A stretch of 37,566 bases of DNA from Bdellovibrionales bacterium (GCA_037969075.1 JBBKWS010000182.1:1-37566), one strand, 5' to 3'. Shown: positions 9,205 through 17,738, numbered from the stretch's first letter. Notes: generated by a model not told the origin, from the sequence alone. Translations and numbers: made by a program.

Positions 9205-9805
9205 ATACATGCTTCTGACCTATATCTTGTTTTCTTGTAATTTTGCAGTTGCTGAAAGTGAAGATTTTAAATCAAAGTTAAGCCTTAGAAGTGGCCTAGA
9301 GTCTTTAGTTAACAAAGGGGAGTTATCTGGCAGTCAGACAAATATTGGAGGCTTTAATATAGGCTATAGTTTGTTCTTAAACTCAAGCCTAGCGATTATT
9401 TTTGGATACGCAGCCTCTTTTGATCTTGGCAACGCAAAGCAAACTGTTAACTCTTATATTTTGGCTGGTAAGTATTACTTTTCAGGGCTTGGTACAACAA
9501 TAGAAAAAAAAGATGAGCTTGGTACAAGTATCAGTAAGTCAAATAAAGCCTACTACGTTGGGTCTAGTTACGGTTTGCATGATTATTTTTTAGGAAGTGA
9601 TTCTTTATCAATAGACGCAGAAGTTGCAACCATAAAGGGAACCTACTCTACTACTAATGTATTTATTGGTGCGGATTATTTTTTAACTAAAAAATTGGAA
9701 TTAAATTTTGAGGCAGGTATTACTATACTTGCGTTTGCTGCTAGCGATAATCGTGTAAAAATACATCATACTTGGTTATTAGCTGGCTTAAATTGGGTAT
9801 TTTGA
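9194..9805 (+). CDS. Outer-membrane beta-barrel protein (small, OmpW/OmpA-TM-like)
   Basis: Signal peptide; amphipathic strands (GFNIGYSLFL, FIGADYFLTKKLELNFEAG); terminal LAGLNWVF beta-signal. Confidence 0.75.
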   Translation: MLHKYMLLTYILFSCNFAVAESEDFKSKLSLRSGLESLVNKGELSGSQTNIGGFNIGYSLFLNSSLAIIFGYAASFDLGNAKQTVNSYILAGKYYFSGLGTTIEKKDELGTSISKSNKAYYVGSSYGLHDYFLGSDSLSIDAEVATIKGTYSTTNVFIGADYFLTKKLELNFEAGITILAFAASDNRVKIHHTWLLAGLNWVF

Positions 9806-9812
9806 GGTAAAA

Positions 9813-11462
9813 ATGAAAGATTCTACATTTTCACTAAAAATGGATTGGCTAGATCAGGACGCTTTTGATTCTGATGTTGAATCATTAAACCTTAATGGTT
9901 CAAACATAGGTAATGATGTAGATGTGCTATCACAAGTTAAAGTCATTGACGAGTCTTGGCAGAAAGCATTTTTTAACTTTAAAGAATTAAAAGTTAATTT
10001 TAAAAAAACAATCATTGCATATAACAATGAATTAAAAGAAAAAAGTATCTTAGAAGAAAATATTTTAGAGCAAAAGAATATACATTCAAAGCAGCAAAAA
10101 AGAATTGAGCTCTTAGCTAACCATTTGCAAGAAAGAACTTTACAAGTGAATACGCTTGGTACTCAAACTTTTGAAAAACAGAAGCTAATCGATGAATTAA
10201 ATCAAGCAAATGCCAAAATCAATCAAGACTTAAATAATTTAAATCTTAAGATTAGAAACCTTCAGCTAGAAAATGATCAATTAAAAAATGAATCTGCAAA
10301 TCTAAAGGCAAAAGATATTAATAATACTGTTAAGCAAAAAGCCAATCTTAATAAAATTGACGGTTTAGAAGTAAGTATTATAAAGCTTGAAGAAGAGATC
10401 GCGCAATATGTTGATTTTTATGAGACTAAAGTAAAAAAACTTACTGAAAATTTAAACTCATTAAATTCTCACTATAATCTTTTGAAAAAAGAAAATAATC
10501 AGTATCAGACATTACTTAATAAGTTACAAAAACAGTCAGAAGAAGAAAAATCTTTAAGAGATGAACTTTCTACTAACTTAACTATTGAAGTGAGCTTGCG
10601 AAAGAATCATGAAAGCTTCATTGAAAAACTACAAAAAGAAAAAGCTGAGCTTAATCGAGAAATTAGAGAAGTTAACAATGAACGCTTTGATTTATATAAA
10701 AAAAATGAAATTGCACTTTTAAGTATAGATGAGTTAAAAACTGACAAGATGAGCGCCGCAAAAAAGATCGAGACCTTGCTGAAGTCTCAGCATGCATTAG
10801 ATGAAGAAAAACAAGAGCTTCAAATGACCTGCCGCGAACTAAAGCAAAGTATTACCAATGAAAAAGAAGCAAACTTGCAAGCGCAAGGAAATATAGATTT
10901 ACTACATAAGAAATTAAGTTTTTTTGAAGAGCAACTGCAAGATAGCAAATCTGAATTTATAAGTGCTTCAGCTTTGAATCAAAAGAATTTACAGGTATTA
11001 GAATCAAAAAATAATGATCTTGTAGCAGAATTACAGCAATCAAAACAAGACAGAGCAGAGTTAAATAGACAGCTTGAGCTTAAAAGTATTAATGAAGAAA
11101 ATTTACTTAATCAATTAAATGAAAAACATAAAATGATTGAACGCCTAGATAACGAATCTATAAATTTAAAAAATAATATAGCCCAGTTAATCTTAGTGCA
11201 ACAATCAGATAAGCAAATGATTTTTAATTTCCTGCAATTTATTGAGCGAATCATAATTGAAAATAACTCGCTGATAACTAAAAAAGACCAATTTTATGCG
11301 AAGCAGTTATCTGATACTACCAACACAATGCAGGAACGTATGGAGCGATTAGTTTCTTGGGTGTATTTGTCAAATAACAATAGCGCAAATCAAAAGCCTT
11401 TAGACGCAGATTCAAAGGCAATTAGAGATTGGTTGAATCAGTTGTTTTTTGAATCGAAATAA
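9813..11462 (+). CDS. Long coiled-coil protein of unknown function
   Basis: 549 aa, L/E/K/Q/N-rich heptads, almost no Pro; no signal peptide, TM or Walker A. Confidence 0.8.
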   Translation: MKDSTFSLKMDWLDQDAFDSDVESLNLNGSNIGNDVDVLSQVKVIDESWQKAFFNFKELKVNFKKTIIAYNNELKEKSILEENILEQKNIHSKQQKRIELLANHLQERTLQVNTLGTQTFEKQKLIDELNQANAKINQDLNNLNLKIRNLQLENDQLKNESANLKAKDINNTVKQKANLNKIDGLEVSIIKLEEEIAQYVDFYETKVKKLTENLNSLNSHYNLLKKENNQYQTLLNKLQKQSEEEKSLRDELSTNLTIEVSLRKNHESFIEKLQKEKAELNREIREVNNERFDLYKKNEIALLSIDELKTDKMSAAKKIETLLKSQHALDEEKQELQMTCRELKQSITNEKEANLQAQGNIDLLHKKLSFFEEQLQDSKSEFISASALNQKNLQVLESKNNDLVAELQQSKQDRAELNRQLELKSINEENLLNQLNEKHKMIERLDNESINLKNNIAQLILVQQSDKQMIFNFLQFIERIIIENNSLITKKDQFYAKQLSDTTNTMQERMERLVSWVYLSNNNSANQKPLDADSKAIRDWLNQLFFESK

Positions 11463-11536
11463 GTTTTGGCTTGTTAAGTATTTTTTTGATTTTAATAATG
11501 TTTATGAATGTGCGATTACGCTAAAAGGATGAATGT

Positions 11537-12322
11537 ATGAATTTTACAGCAATTTTTGGATTACTCTCAGCCATCGCAGTGCTAGGTTACGGTACGATGT
11601 CGGCTACATCCAACTGGAAAATCTTTTTAGATCCCCATGCAATAGCGATAGTTATTGGTGGAACAATGGCTGCCACATTAATATGTTTTCCGTTTTCTAC
11701 CATTAGAACTTTGTTCACTGTATTTTTTAAAAAGATCATAGGTAAGTTTGACGGGACTCACTCTCTATTGATTGAAGAGATAGTAATCTTATCAAAAGGC
11801 TACAGAGAAGACAGCCAATTCTTAAAAAATGGTGTTAACGCTATTAAATTTCCTTTCTTAAAAGAAGCGATACAACTCATGGTGGAAGGTGGAATCCCAG
11901 AAGATAAAATGGATGCCATTTTACAACAAAGAGCTGCAACCCATTTTAAGAGGTATGAGGATGAAGCAAATATTTTTAAAGTAATGGGAAAATTTCCTCC
12001 CGCTTTTGGTTTGTTGGGTACAACCCTTGGGATGATCGCTCTTTTGCAAAACATTGGATCACCTGATTCATTTAAACTTTTAGGCCCTGCCATGGCTATC
12101 GGATTAGTGGCCACTCTCTACGGTATTGCAATTGCAAACCTAGTGTTTATCCCAATGGGAGAAAACCTAATTAAATTAAATAAAGAAGACCAAGTCTCAC
12201 GTAAAATGGTGATAGTAGGAATTAAACTTTTAAGAGAAAAAGAACATCCTCTAATTGTTGAAGAGTTTTTAAAGAGTTATTTACTTCCGTTTGAAAGAAA
12301 CAAGCTTAAAAAGGTTGCTTAA
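11537..12322 (+). CDS. motA: Stator protein MotA/PomA family
   Basis: FLDPHAIAIVIGGT, PPAFGLLGTTLGMI, LGPAMAIGLVATLYG, ANLVFIPMG, EHPLIVEEFL. Confidence 0.95.
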   Translation: MNFTAIFGLLSAIAVLGYGTMSATSNWKIFLDPHAIAIVIGGTMAATLICFPFSTIRTLFTVFFKKIIGKFDGTHSLLIEEIVILSKGYREDSQFLKNGVNAIKFPFLKEAIQLMVEGGIPEDKMDAILQQRAATHFKRYEDEANIFKVMGKFPPAFGLLGTTLGMIALLQNIGSPDSFKLLGPAMAIGLVATLYGIAIANLVFIPMGENLIKLNKEDQVSRKMVIVGIKLLREKEHPLIVEEFLKSYLLPFERNKLKKVA

Positions 12323-12324
12323 AA

Positions 12325-13053
12325 ATGTCGGCTGCTGAAAAACTAAAAGACGAAGAAATAAAAGCTGCGGCAAAGCCAGCGGTCTATTTTTTTGAAGAAG
12401 CAGACTCGCCGTCTCATATGGATGAAGGGGAAGGCAACTGGCTTATCTCGTATGCTGATATGATGACCTTACTTGTAGGATTTTTTGTAATGCTTCTTAG
12501 TTTTTCAAAAATTGATGCCGAGGTTTTTGAAAAGGTAAAACAAGAAACCTCAAAAATATTTGGCGGAGAGTACCAAATTCCATTTTCTGAATTATCAAAA
12601 AGCCTTGATAAAGCCATTTCAGAAAAAGGTCTAGAGAATCAGGTGATTGTCGAAAAGAGTGCTACTGGCGTTAATATAACATTTAGGGGCGCATTGTTTT
12701 TTGACTCAGCCTCTGTTGCGATGAAGCCTGAAGCGCTGGATCTGCTATTAAAATTACAACCTATCATTTCAAGTAAAGCCAAAGAGTACGAATTATTAAT
12801 CGAAGGGCATACTGACGATAGCCCAATCAATGCAGGTGTGATTGCCTCCAACTGGGAGCTATCAAGCCTGCGAGCAAGTTCTGTCTTGCGATTTTTTTTA
12901 GATAAAGGTTTTGATCCTCAAAAATTAAAGGCAATCGGAATGGCTGATACAAGGCCTATCTTGCCTAATCGAGATAACCAAGGAAAACCAATTACAGACA
13001 ATCAATCGCAAAACAGAAGAGTGGTTATTAAAATTATTCCTAATTTTGATTAA
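12325..13053 (+). CDS. motB: Stator protein MotB with OmpA-like peptidoglycan-binding domain
   Basis: WLISYADMMTLL (essential Asp), IEGHTDD, SNWELSSLRA, NRRV. Confidence 0.95.
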   Translation: MSAAEKLKDEEIKAAAKPAVYFFEEADSPSHMDEGEGNWLISYADMMTLLVGFFVMLLSFSKIDAEVFEKVKQETSKIFGGEYQIPFSELSKSLDKAISEKGLENQVIVEKSATGVNITFRGALFFDSASVAMKPEALDLLLKLQPIISSKAKEYELLIEGHTDDSPINAGVIASNWELSSLRASSVLRFFLDKGFDPQKLKAIGMADTRPILPNRDNQGKPITDNQSQNRRVVIKIIPNFD

Positions 13054-13063
13054 AAGGTAAAAG

Positions 13064-14197
13064 ATGCAGCACCTAAGCCTTAAATTTAAATTCTTATTGC
13101 TGTCTGCACTTATGTCCCTAGCACTAGTATCTATAGGATATTTTTCAAGTTATTATTTATCAAAAAATCATTATTTAGGTTTTATCTCTCAGATGATGAC
13201 GGATCATCAAACGTTATACTACCAAACTGCAGAGGATTTAAAAAAGTTAGAACTGCCAGAGCCTGAGCTTAAAAATTGGCTTGGATCTAATATTAACTCT
13301 ATGGGTTTTATTAAAGATAGTGAGAAAAAACAAACCTTGTTTATGGTTAGAAGGTATTCTGACAACACATTTGGCGTTGAAATTAGTGAAGTAAGCTTTT
13401 TAGCTTGGCTAGAAAGTATAGACACTAAGTTGTTATTAACGTTTTTATCTTTGTCTATCCTATTGGGGGTATTTTCTTTCATTTACCTTAGCTTTGCTCT
13501 TTCTCCATTGAAACGACTAAGAAGAGCCACTGAAGATATACTAGCTGGCAGGCTTGATATGAATTTAAGTTACAATGCCAATGACGAGCTTGGAATGATT
13601 TATAGATCACTTGGTAAGTTGACTAAAGATTTAGAGATAAAAGATCAGGCCCTTGAAAAGTACACTGAGCTTGCGACCACAGATGGAATGACAGGCTTAA
13701 AAAATCATCGGTTTTTTAAAGAAAGTTTTCAGCGCGAATTAAATTTAGCAAAGAGACATAATGATATCTGCGGATTGATTTTATTAGATGTGGATCATTT
13801 TAAAAAATTCAATGATACCTATGGACACCAGCAAGGCGATGAGGTTTTACGAGGTGTTGCAAAGACATTGAAAGATCTTGCTAGAAATACAGACGTAGTC
13901 GCTAGATATGGTGGGGAAGAATTTGTAGTAGTATTACCTAGAACAGATATTGAGGGGCTAAAAATAGCTGCCGAAAAATTAAGGTCCGCACTAGAGACTA
14001 CTAAAGTCCCGCATTTGGCTGAGCCTGGTAAGACCCTTTCGGTTACTGCGAGTTTTGGTGTGGTAGCAATTTCTGGTAGTGATGCTATTGATCCTACTTA
14101 CACCTTATATGTAGAGACTGCTGATAAAAACTTGTATGAAGCAAAAAAAAGAGGAAGAAACTGTGCCGTAGTTAGTCAGTGGAAACATGCTGCATGA
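13064..14197 (+). CDS. Membrane-bound HAMP-GGDEF diguanylate cyclase
   Basis: Two TMs, HAMP (PLKRL...DELG), TDGMTGLKN, DVDHFKKFNDTYGHQQGD, RNTD I-site, RYGGEEF. Confidence 0.95.
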   Translation: MQHLSLKFKFLLLSALMSLALVSIGYFSSYYLSKNHYLGFISQMMTDHQTLYYQTAEDLKKLELPEPELKNWLGSNINSMGFIKDSEKKQTLFMVRRYSDNTFGVEISEVSFLAWLESIDTKLLLTFLSLSILLGVFSFIYLSFALSPLKRLRRATEDILAGRLDMNLSYNANDELGMIYRSLGKLTKDLEIKDQALEKYTELATTDGMTGLKNHRFFKESFQRELNLAKRHNDICGLILLDVDHFKKFNDTYGHQQGDEVLRGVAKTLKDLARNTDVVARYGGEEFVVVLPRTDIEGLKIAAEKLRSALETTKVPHLAEPGKTLSVTASFGVVAISGSDAIDPTYTLYVETADKNLYEAKKRGRNCAVVSQWKHAA

Positions 14198-14949
14198 TCT
14201 ATCTAGTCATAATATTTAAAGTACTCATATCATACTCTTTGGCAGACATTGAGATTAAAAACGGCATTATTGTTAAAAATGGTATTTCGTACAAGCAAGT
14301 AATAGCAATAGAAGATAATGATATTTTACTATGTAACGGTTTTTGCCAAATAGTCAGCGAAGATAAAATCATCGAGTTTCAATATAGAGGATTTGGTTTA
14401 TTTAAGGACATTATTAAGTTAGCAAAGATTGAGGCTGAATGGTCTACAATGCAATCTGAACTGCAAGCAAGAAACAGTGAAGCTCTTACCGACAAGCAAG
14501 AAGCAAAAGAAAAACCAAATGATAATTCTAAAGAGCCAAAAAGTGACGATACTGTGCAGATTGAGGATGCGAACGAAATTTCTCAACCTACACTAACAAA
14601 AGAAAACCTCTTGCGATTTAAGGTACCATACCCTGATAATAATTTAATTTTTCTGCACACAAATGGTGGAACAATTCACTTTTTACCTAAACAGAGGTGC
14701 GAAAGTGCAGACGGTTGTATTGGTTTTGTTAAAAGTCTAACGACTAATCAGACTTACAGAGTTACATTTAAGCAGGGAGAGATTCCATTTTGGTCTCTTA
14801 AAATTACGAAATCTAAATCTGACCTAAATTACCAATGGTTTTTTGAGGACGGGTATGAAAAGAATACCTTTGAATTTTATTTTTGGAATAATAATTCTAT
14901 AAATTTTGAAAAAGCTCTTTCGCTTAAGTATGAAATTGAAATCCTATAA
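14194..14949 (+). CDS. Secreted hypothetical protein
   Basis: ATG at 14194 overlaps the cyclase stop (ATGA); hydrophobic N-terminus ending in SLA; no recognisable domain. Confidence 0.65.
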   Translation: MIYLVIIFKVLISYSLADIEIKNGIIVKNGISYKQVIAIEDNDILLCNGFCQIVSEDKIIEFQYRGFGLFKDIIKLAKIEAEWSTMQSELQARNSEALTDKQEAKEKPNDNSKEPKSDDTVQIEDANEISQPTLTKENLLRFKVPYPDNNLIFLHTNGGTIHFLPKQRCESADGCIGFVKSLTTNQTYRVTFKQGEIPFWSLKITKSKSDLNYQWFFEDGYEKNTFEFYFWNNNSINFEKALSLKYEIEIL

Positions 14950-14976
14950 ATAATAAATGCAATAATATAAGAACCT

Positions 14977-15067
14977 AGAGTTGGGCCGGTCGCTTACCTT
15001 TATGGTTTAAATAAGGTGTAAAGGATGTCTCCGGTACAAAGTGTAAAGTATCTGTCCGGTATAGATC
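14977..15067 (+). mobile_element. Degenerate right end of an IS481-family element
   Basis: Two 21-bp repeats GTGTAAAGGATGTCTCCGGTA (15016-15036) and GTGTAAAGTATCTGTCCGGTA (15041-15061); translation RVGPVAYLYGLNKV*RMSPV resembles the IS481 transposase C-terminus as recalled. Confidence 0.6.
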
Positions 15068-15076
15068 GGTCAACTG

Positions 15077-15220
15077 TCACTTATGACTTATAGGCCCCTT
15101 TTTATAAGCTTTTACAGCGGCTCCACGCATCTCTTGCGTGAAATCCCAAAGAGCCTTGCCAATTCCAATAGCGAAGGCAAACCAAATGATTGCATATATA
15201 AACTTAGTAATCGTACTCAT
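15077..15220 (-). CDS. Small single-TM protein, 47 aa (not in ORF track)
   Basis: AGGAG SD 6 nt before ATG; MSTITKFIYAIIWFAFAIGIGKALWDFTQEMRGAAVKAYKKGPISHK. Confidence 0.65.
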   Translation of the reverse strand: MSTITKFIYAIIWFAFAIGIGKALWDFTQEMRGAAVKAYKKGPISHK

Positions 15221-15316
15221 TATAAACTCCTAAATGATGAAAAATAGAATGCCTACAATGGATATCATACTTGGTTTTACTTTAAAATTAGGATGAGGTT
15301 ACTGACGGGAAGTGAC

Positions 15317-15345
15317 CCTACCAGAATCCTACCAAAACCCTACCA
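15317..15345 (+). repeat. Three CCTACCA direct repeats with 11-bp period (candidate integrase arm-type sites)
   Basis: Copies at 15317, 15328 and 15339; another CCTACCAA at 1640-1647. Confidence 0.6.
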
Positions 15346-15476
15346 AACTCTGAAATATTCAGAAATTTGGAGAAATATTGCTTATAGAACGCTCGTTTCT
15401 GTTGTTTGTGTATGTGTTTAATTTGATTTGAGATTTTTTGTTGGTTGATCACTTGCATTTTCATTATGGGTGAAAA

Positions 15477-15553
15477 TGGCGGGGTGGACGGGACTCGAAC
15501 CCGCGGCCTCTGCCGTGACAGGGCAGCGTTATAACCAACTTAACTACCACCCC
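15477..15553 (-). tRNA. tRNA-Asp (GTC), CCA encoded
   Basis: GGGGTGGTAGTTAAGTTGGTTATAACGCTGCCCTGTCACGGCAGAGGCCGCGGGTTCGAGTCCCGTCCACCCCGCCA folds as a 77-nt cloverleaf with anticodon GTC and discriminator G. Confidence 0.97.
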
Positions 15554-15574
15554 GCAGGTGATAATTGAGATTCG

Positions 15575-15603
15575 AAATTAACGACGAAAGGCCAAACTGG
15601 CAA
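15575..15603 (-). promoter_or_regulatory. sigma-70 promoter of tRNA-Asp
   Basis: Minus strand TTGCCA-N17-TAATTT, 21 nt upstream of the tRNA. Confidence 0.55.
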
Positions 15604-15740
15604 GAAAAATCTCAGGGATATTTAGCTTAGATTGATCTATATGCCTTAATTTTAGGACCTAAAGCCCAACCTGCAGATAAAAAGCTAAGCTTTTGAACTT
15701 ACTGGTCTTTATTAAGGCTACATATGGTCGAAAAGACCTT

Positions 15741-17738
15741 ATGTGGATTATTCTATTACTACAGCTCAGTCTCTCAATAGCCAGCGAAAAATACAATGTC
15801 TGTGGGATCACCATCAACTCGGATGAAGAGATTAAAAGTTTCAAAAAACACTTAAATCCTAAAGATTTCAACTTTGTTGAATTAACAGATGTAATTGATC
15901 CAGCTGCTATTCAAAAAAAAGAAGTTCCTAATGATTGGTTTGATGCTGTTTGCGAAAAAGATATTCGTTGTGACGTCTTAGTTATCTCGGGTCATTTTGG
16001 TGGAAGCTTTTTTGGAGACAAAGGAATTGGCCTATCATTAGATGCTCTTGAAAAGTACTCTTGCAATGGAAAATGTAAAAACATTTTAAACTCTGCTAAA
16101 GAAGTCTTCTTGATGGGTTGCAACACTCTAGCCACAAAAGATTCTGATCACAGAACTCCAGAGCAGTACCTGCAAGTACTACTAGATGACGACATCGACC
16201 GTGCACAAGCAGAGAGAATCGTGCAAGCAAGATACGGTGCGCTTGGGGATTCTTTTAAAGATCGAATGCAGAGGGTATTTGAAAATGTCCCTAATATTTA
16301 TGGATTCACTTCCGTTGGCCCATCAGGCAAAACAGTAAAACCATTTTTAGATAAGTATTTCAATAAGGTAGGGGATTACAAAGAGCACATCTTGAAAATT
16401 CAAACACAAGACATTGTTAATTTAATTGAAGGAGCGAACAAAGCGGTTAAAAAATTCAATAACCCAGTGCTAGCAGAAGTGATGGCCACAACCGCTCATG
16501 CTGAATGTGCAGGGATTACCTCTTCAGACCCAGCTTATAGAATAAAAAAAGACATTTGTAAATTTTATGACAATAACATTTCACAAGAAGATAAAGTTGG
16601 ATTAGCAGAAGCACTACTAACAACTGATGATGCACTTTTATACATACCAACGATCAGTTCATATTTTTCTACTTATCAAAGTGATGCGGTTAAAAAATTA
16701 AAAAATAATAAAAAAATAGAAGCTCTATTAATTAAAGTTGCTGAGGATGTAAAAGGGTCCCCCGCTACATATATCGATATAATTAGCTTACAAGAAAAAA
16801 TTGGCTATATTAGCGAAAAGAAATTCTTAGCAGAGGTAAAACAAGTTTTATTACCTTATGTTAAAAAGATGGATAGAGAAAGTGCAGACCTATTGTGCTC
16901 AGTAGAAGATATGGATAGCTTGTATGAAAGATATGAGAAGATTGCGTTTAAAGCTTCAGACATGAATTTATCAAAGCTTGGCACAAGAGACGGGGTGGGC
17001 ACATTAGGTTGCATCAATGTAGCAGGTGAAAGTAAACAAGAAGTATCCTCAAAATTAGTTAGCTATATGGGGCAAAAAAGAGCGGACCCAGAGTACGAAG
17101 CAGAATATTATTATATCCTAGGAAAAAATATTACAGCAGCTGACTTTAAAATTGCCGAGCCACAAATGATAAAAACTTTTTCGGCACAAAAAAATTTAGA
17201 ATACAAAATGGCACTACAAATTTCTTTAGCTACTGCCTATGAGAGAAGTAAAGATATGAAAGGCCTAGAGGAACTATATAAAACAGGGGATCTTTATGCC
17301 GGTAACGACTGGGATAGCAGGCAAATAATTTTAGAAGCCGCCAGTCACCTAGAGGAGAGATCTGAAGTTTTTGTTAAAATTGCCATGGATAAAACTAGGT
17401 CTAACTTAAATAATACGGATTTATATGGGGCAGCTCAAATGGTCGGTATTTTTAAAACTGATCAAGATATAGAGTCACTGAAGCAGATCATTTCAACGCA
17501 AAATACAAATTCTATAAATAGTTACTTCTCAGTTATTTCAGATAAAAGTGCGGTTTCACCAAAGGTTATGGATATATATGTAAATACGGTTCTTGGTAGT
17601 CATGAGGCTGATTGGGTGAGTATAAATGAAGTCATTGCCTCAAAGTTAACTAGGGAGCAAAAAGACAAACTACTACAGTTTGCTACTGAACATCCAGGTC
17701 ACACAGCAGCTTATTCTATAAAAGAGCACTGTAAATAA
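15741..17738 (+). CDS. Secreted hypothetical protein, possible caspase/CHAT-fold N-terminal domain and helical C-terminus
   Basis: Likely start ATG 15741 gives signal peptide MWIILLLQLSLSIA; motifs VLVISGHFGG and VFLMGCNT. Confidence 0.65.
   Translation: MWIILLLQLSLSIASEKYNVCGITINSDEEIKSFKKHLNPKDFNFVELTDVIDPAAIQKKEVPNDWFDAVCEKDIRCDVLVISGHFGGSFFGDKGIGLSLDALEKYSCNGKCKNILNSAKEVFLMGCNTLATKDSDHRTPEQYLQVLLDDDIDRAQAERIVQARYGALGDSFKDRMQRVFENVPNIYGFTSVGPSGKTVKPFLDKYFNKVGDYKEHILKIQTQDIVNLIEGANKAVKKFNNPVLAEVMATTAHAECAGITSSDPAYRIKKDICKFYDNNISQEDKVGLAEALLTTDDALLYIPTISSYFSTYQSDAVKKLKNNKKIEALLIKVAEDVKGSPATYIDIISLQEKIGYISEKKFLAEVKQVLLPYVKKMDRESADLLCSVEDMDSLYERYEKIAFKASDMNLSKLGTRDGVGTLGCINVAGESKQEVSSKLVSYMGQKRADPEYEAEYYYILGKNITAADFKIAEPQMIKTFSAQKNLEYKMALQISLATAYERSKDMKGLEELYKTGDLYAGNDWDSRQIILEAASHLEERSEVFVKIAMDKTRSNLNNTDLYGAAQMVGIFKTDQDIESLKQIISTQNTNSINSYFSVISDKSAVSPKVMDIYVNTVLGSHEADWVSINEVIASKLTREQKDKLLQFATEHPGHTAAYSIKEHCK

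Larger units (their letters stand above)
1578..15489. mobile_element. tRNA-Asp-integrated genomic island (~13.9 kb), no integrase inside
   Basis: Flanking 17-bp direct repeats including the tRNA 3' end; CCTACCA repeats inside both ends; accessory cargo; IS remnant. Confidence 0.75.

Noticed and set aside
9813..11462. SMC/SbcC ATPase or phage tape-measure protein
   Set aside because: No Walker motifs or hinge and no phage genes nearby
11537..13053. ExbB/ExbD, TolQ/TolR or Zorya ZorA/ZorB assignment
   Set aside because: Motifs and lengths are MotA/MotB; no long ZorA tail and no zorC/D/E; ExbD and TolR lack the OmpA-like domain
6828..14949. Ordinary or decayed flagellar operon
   Set aside because: No flagellar structural or export genes or fragments seen; ORFs are intact and coupled to non-flagellar genes. 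A flagellar accessory role cannot be fully excluded
15016..15345. CRISPR array
   Set aside because: Only 2-3 short repeats with 4-nt spacers and no cas genes
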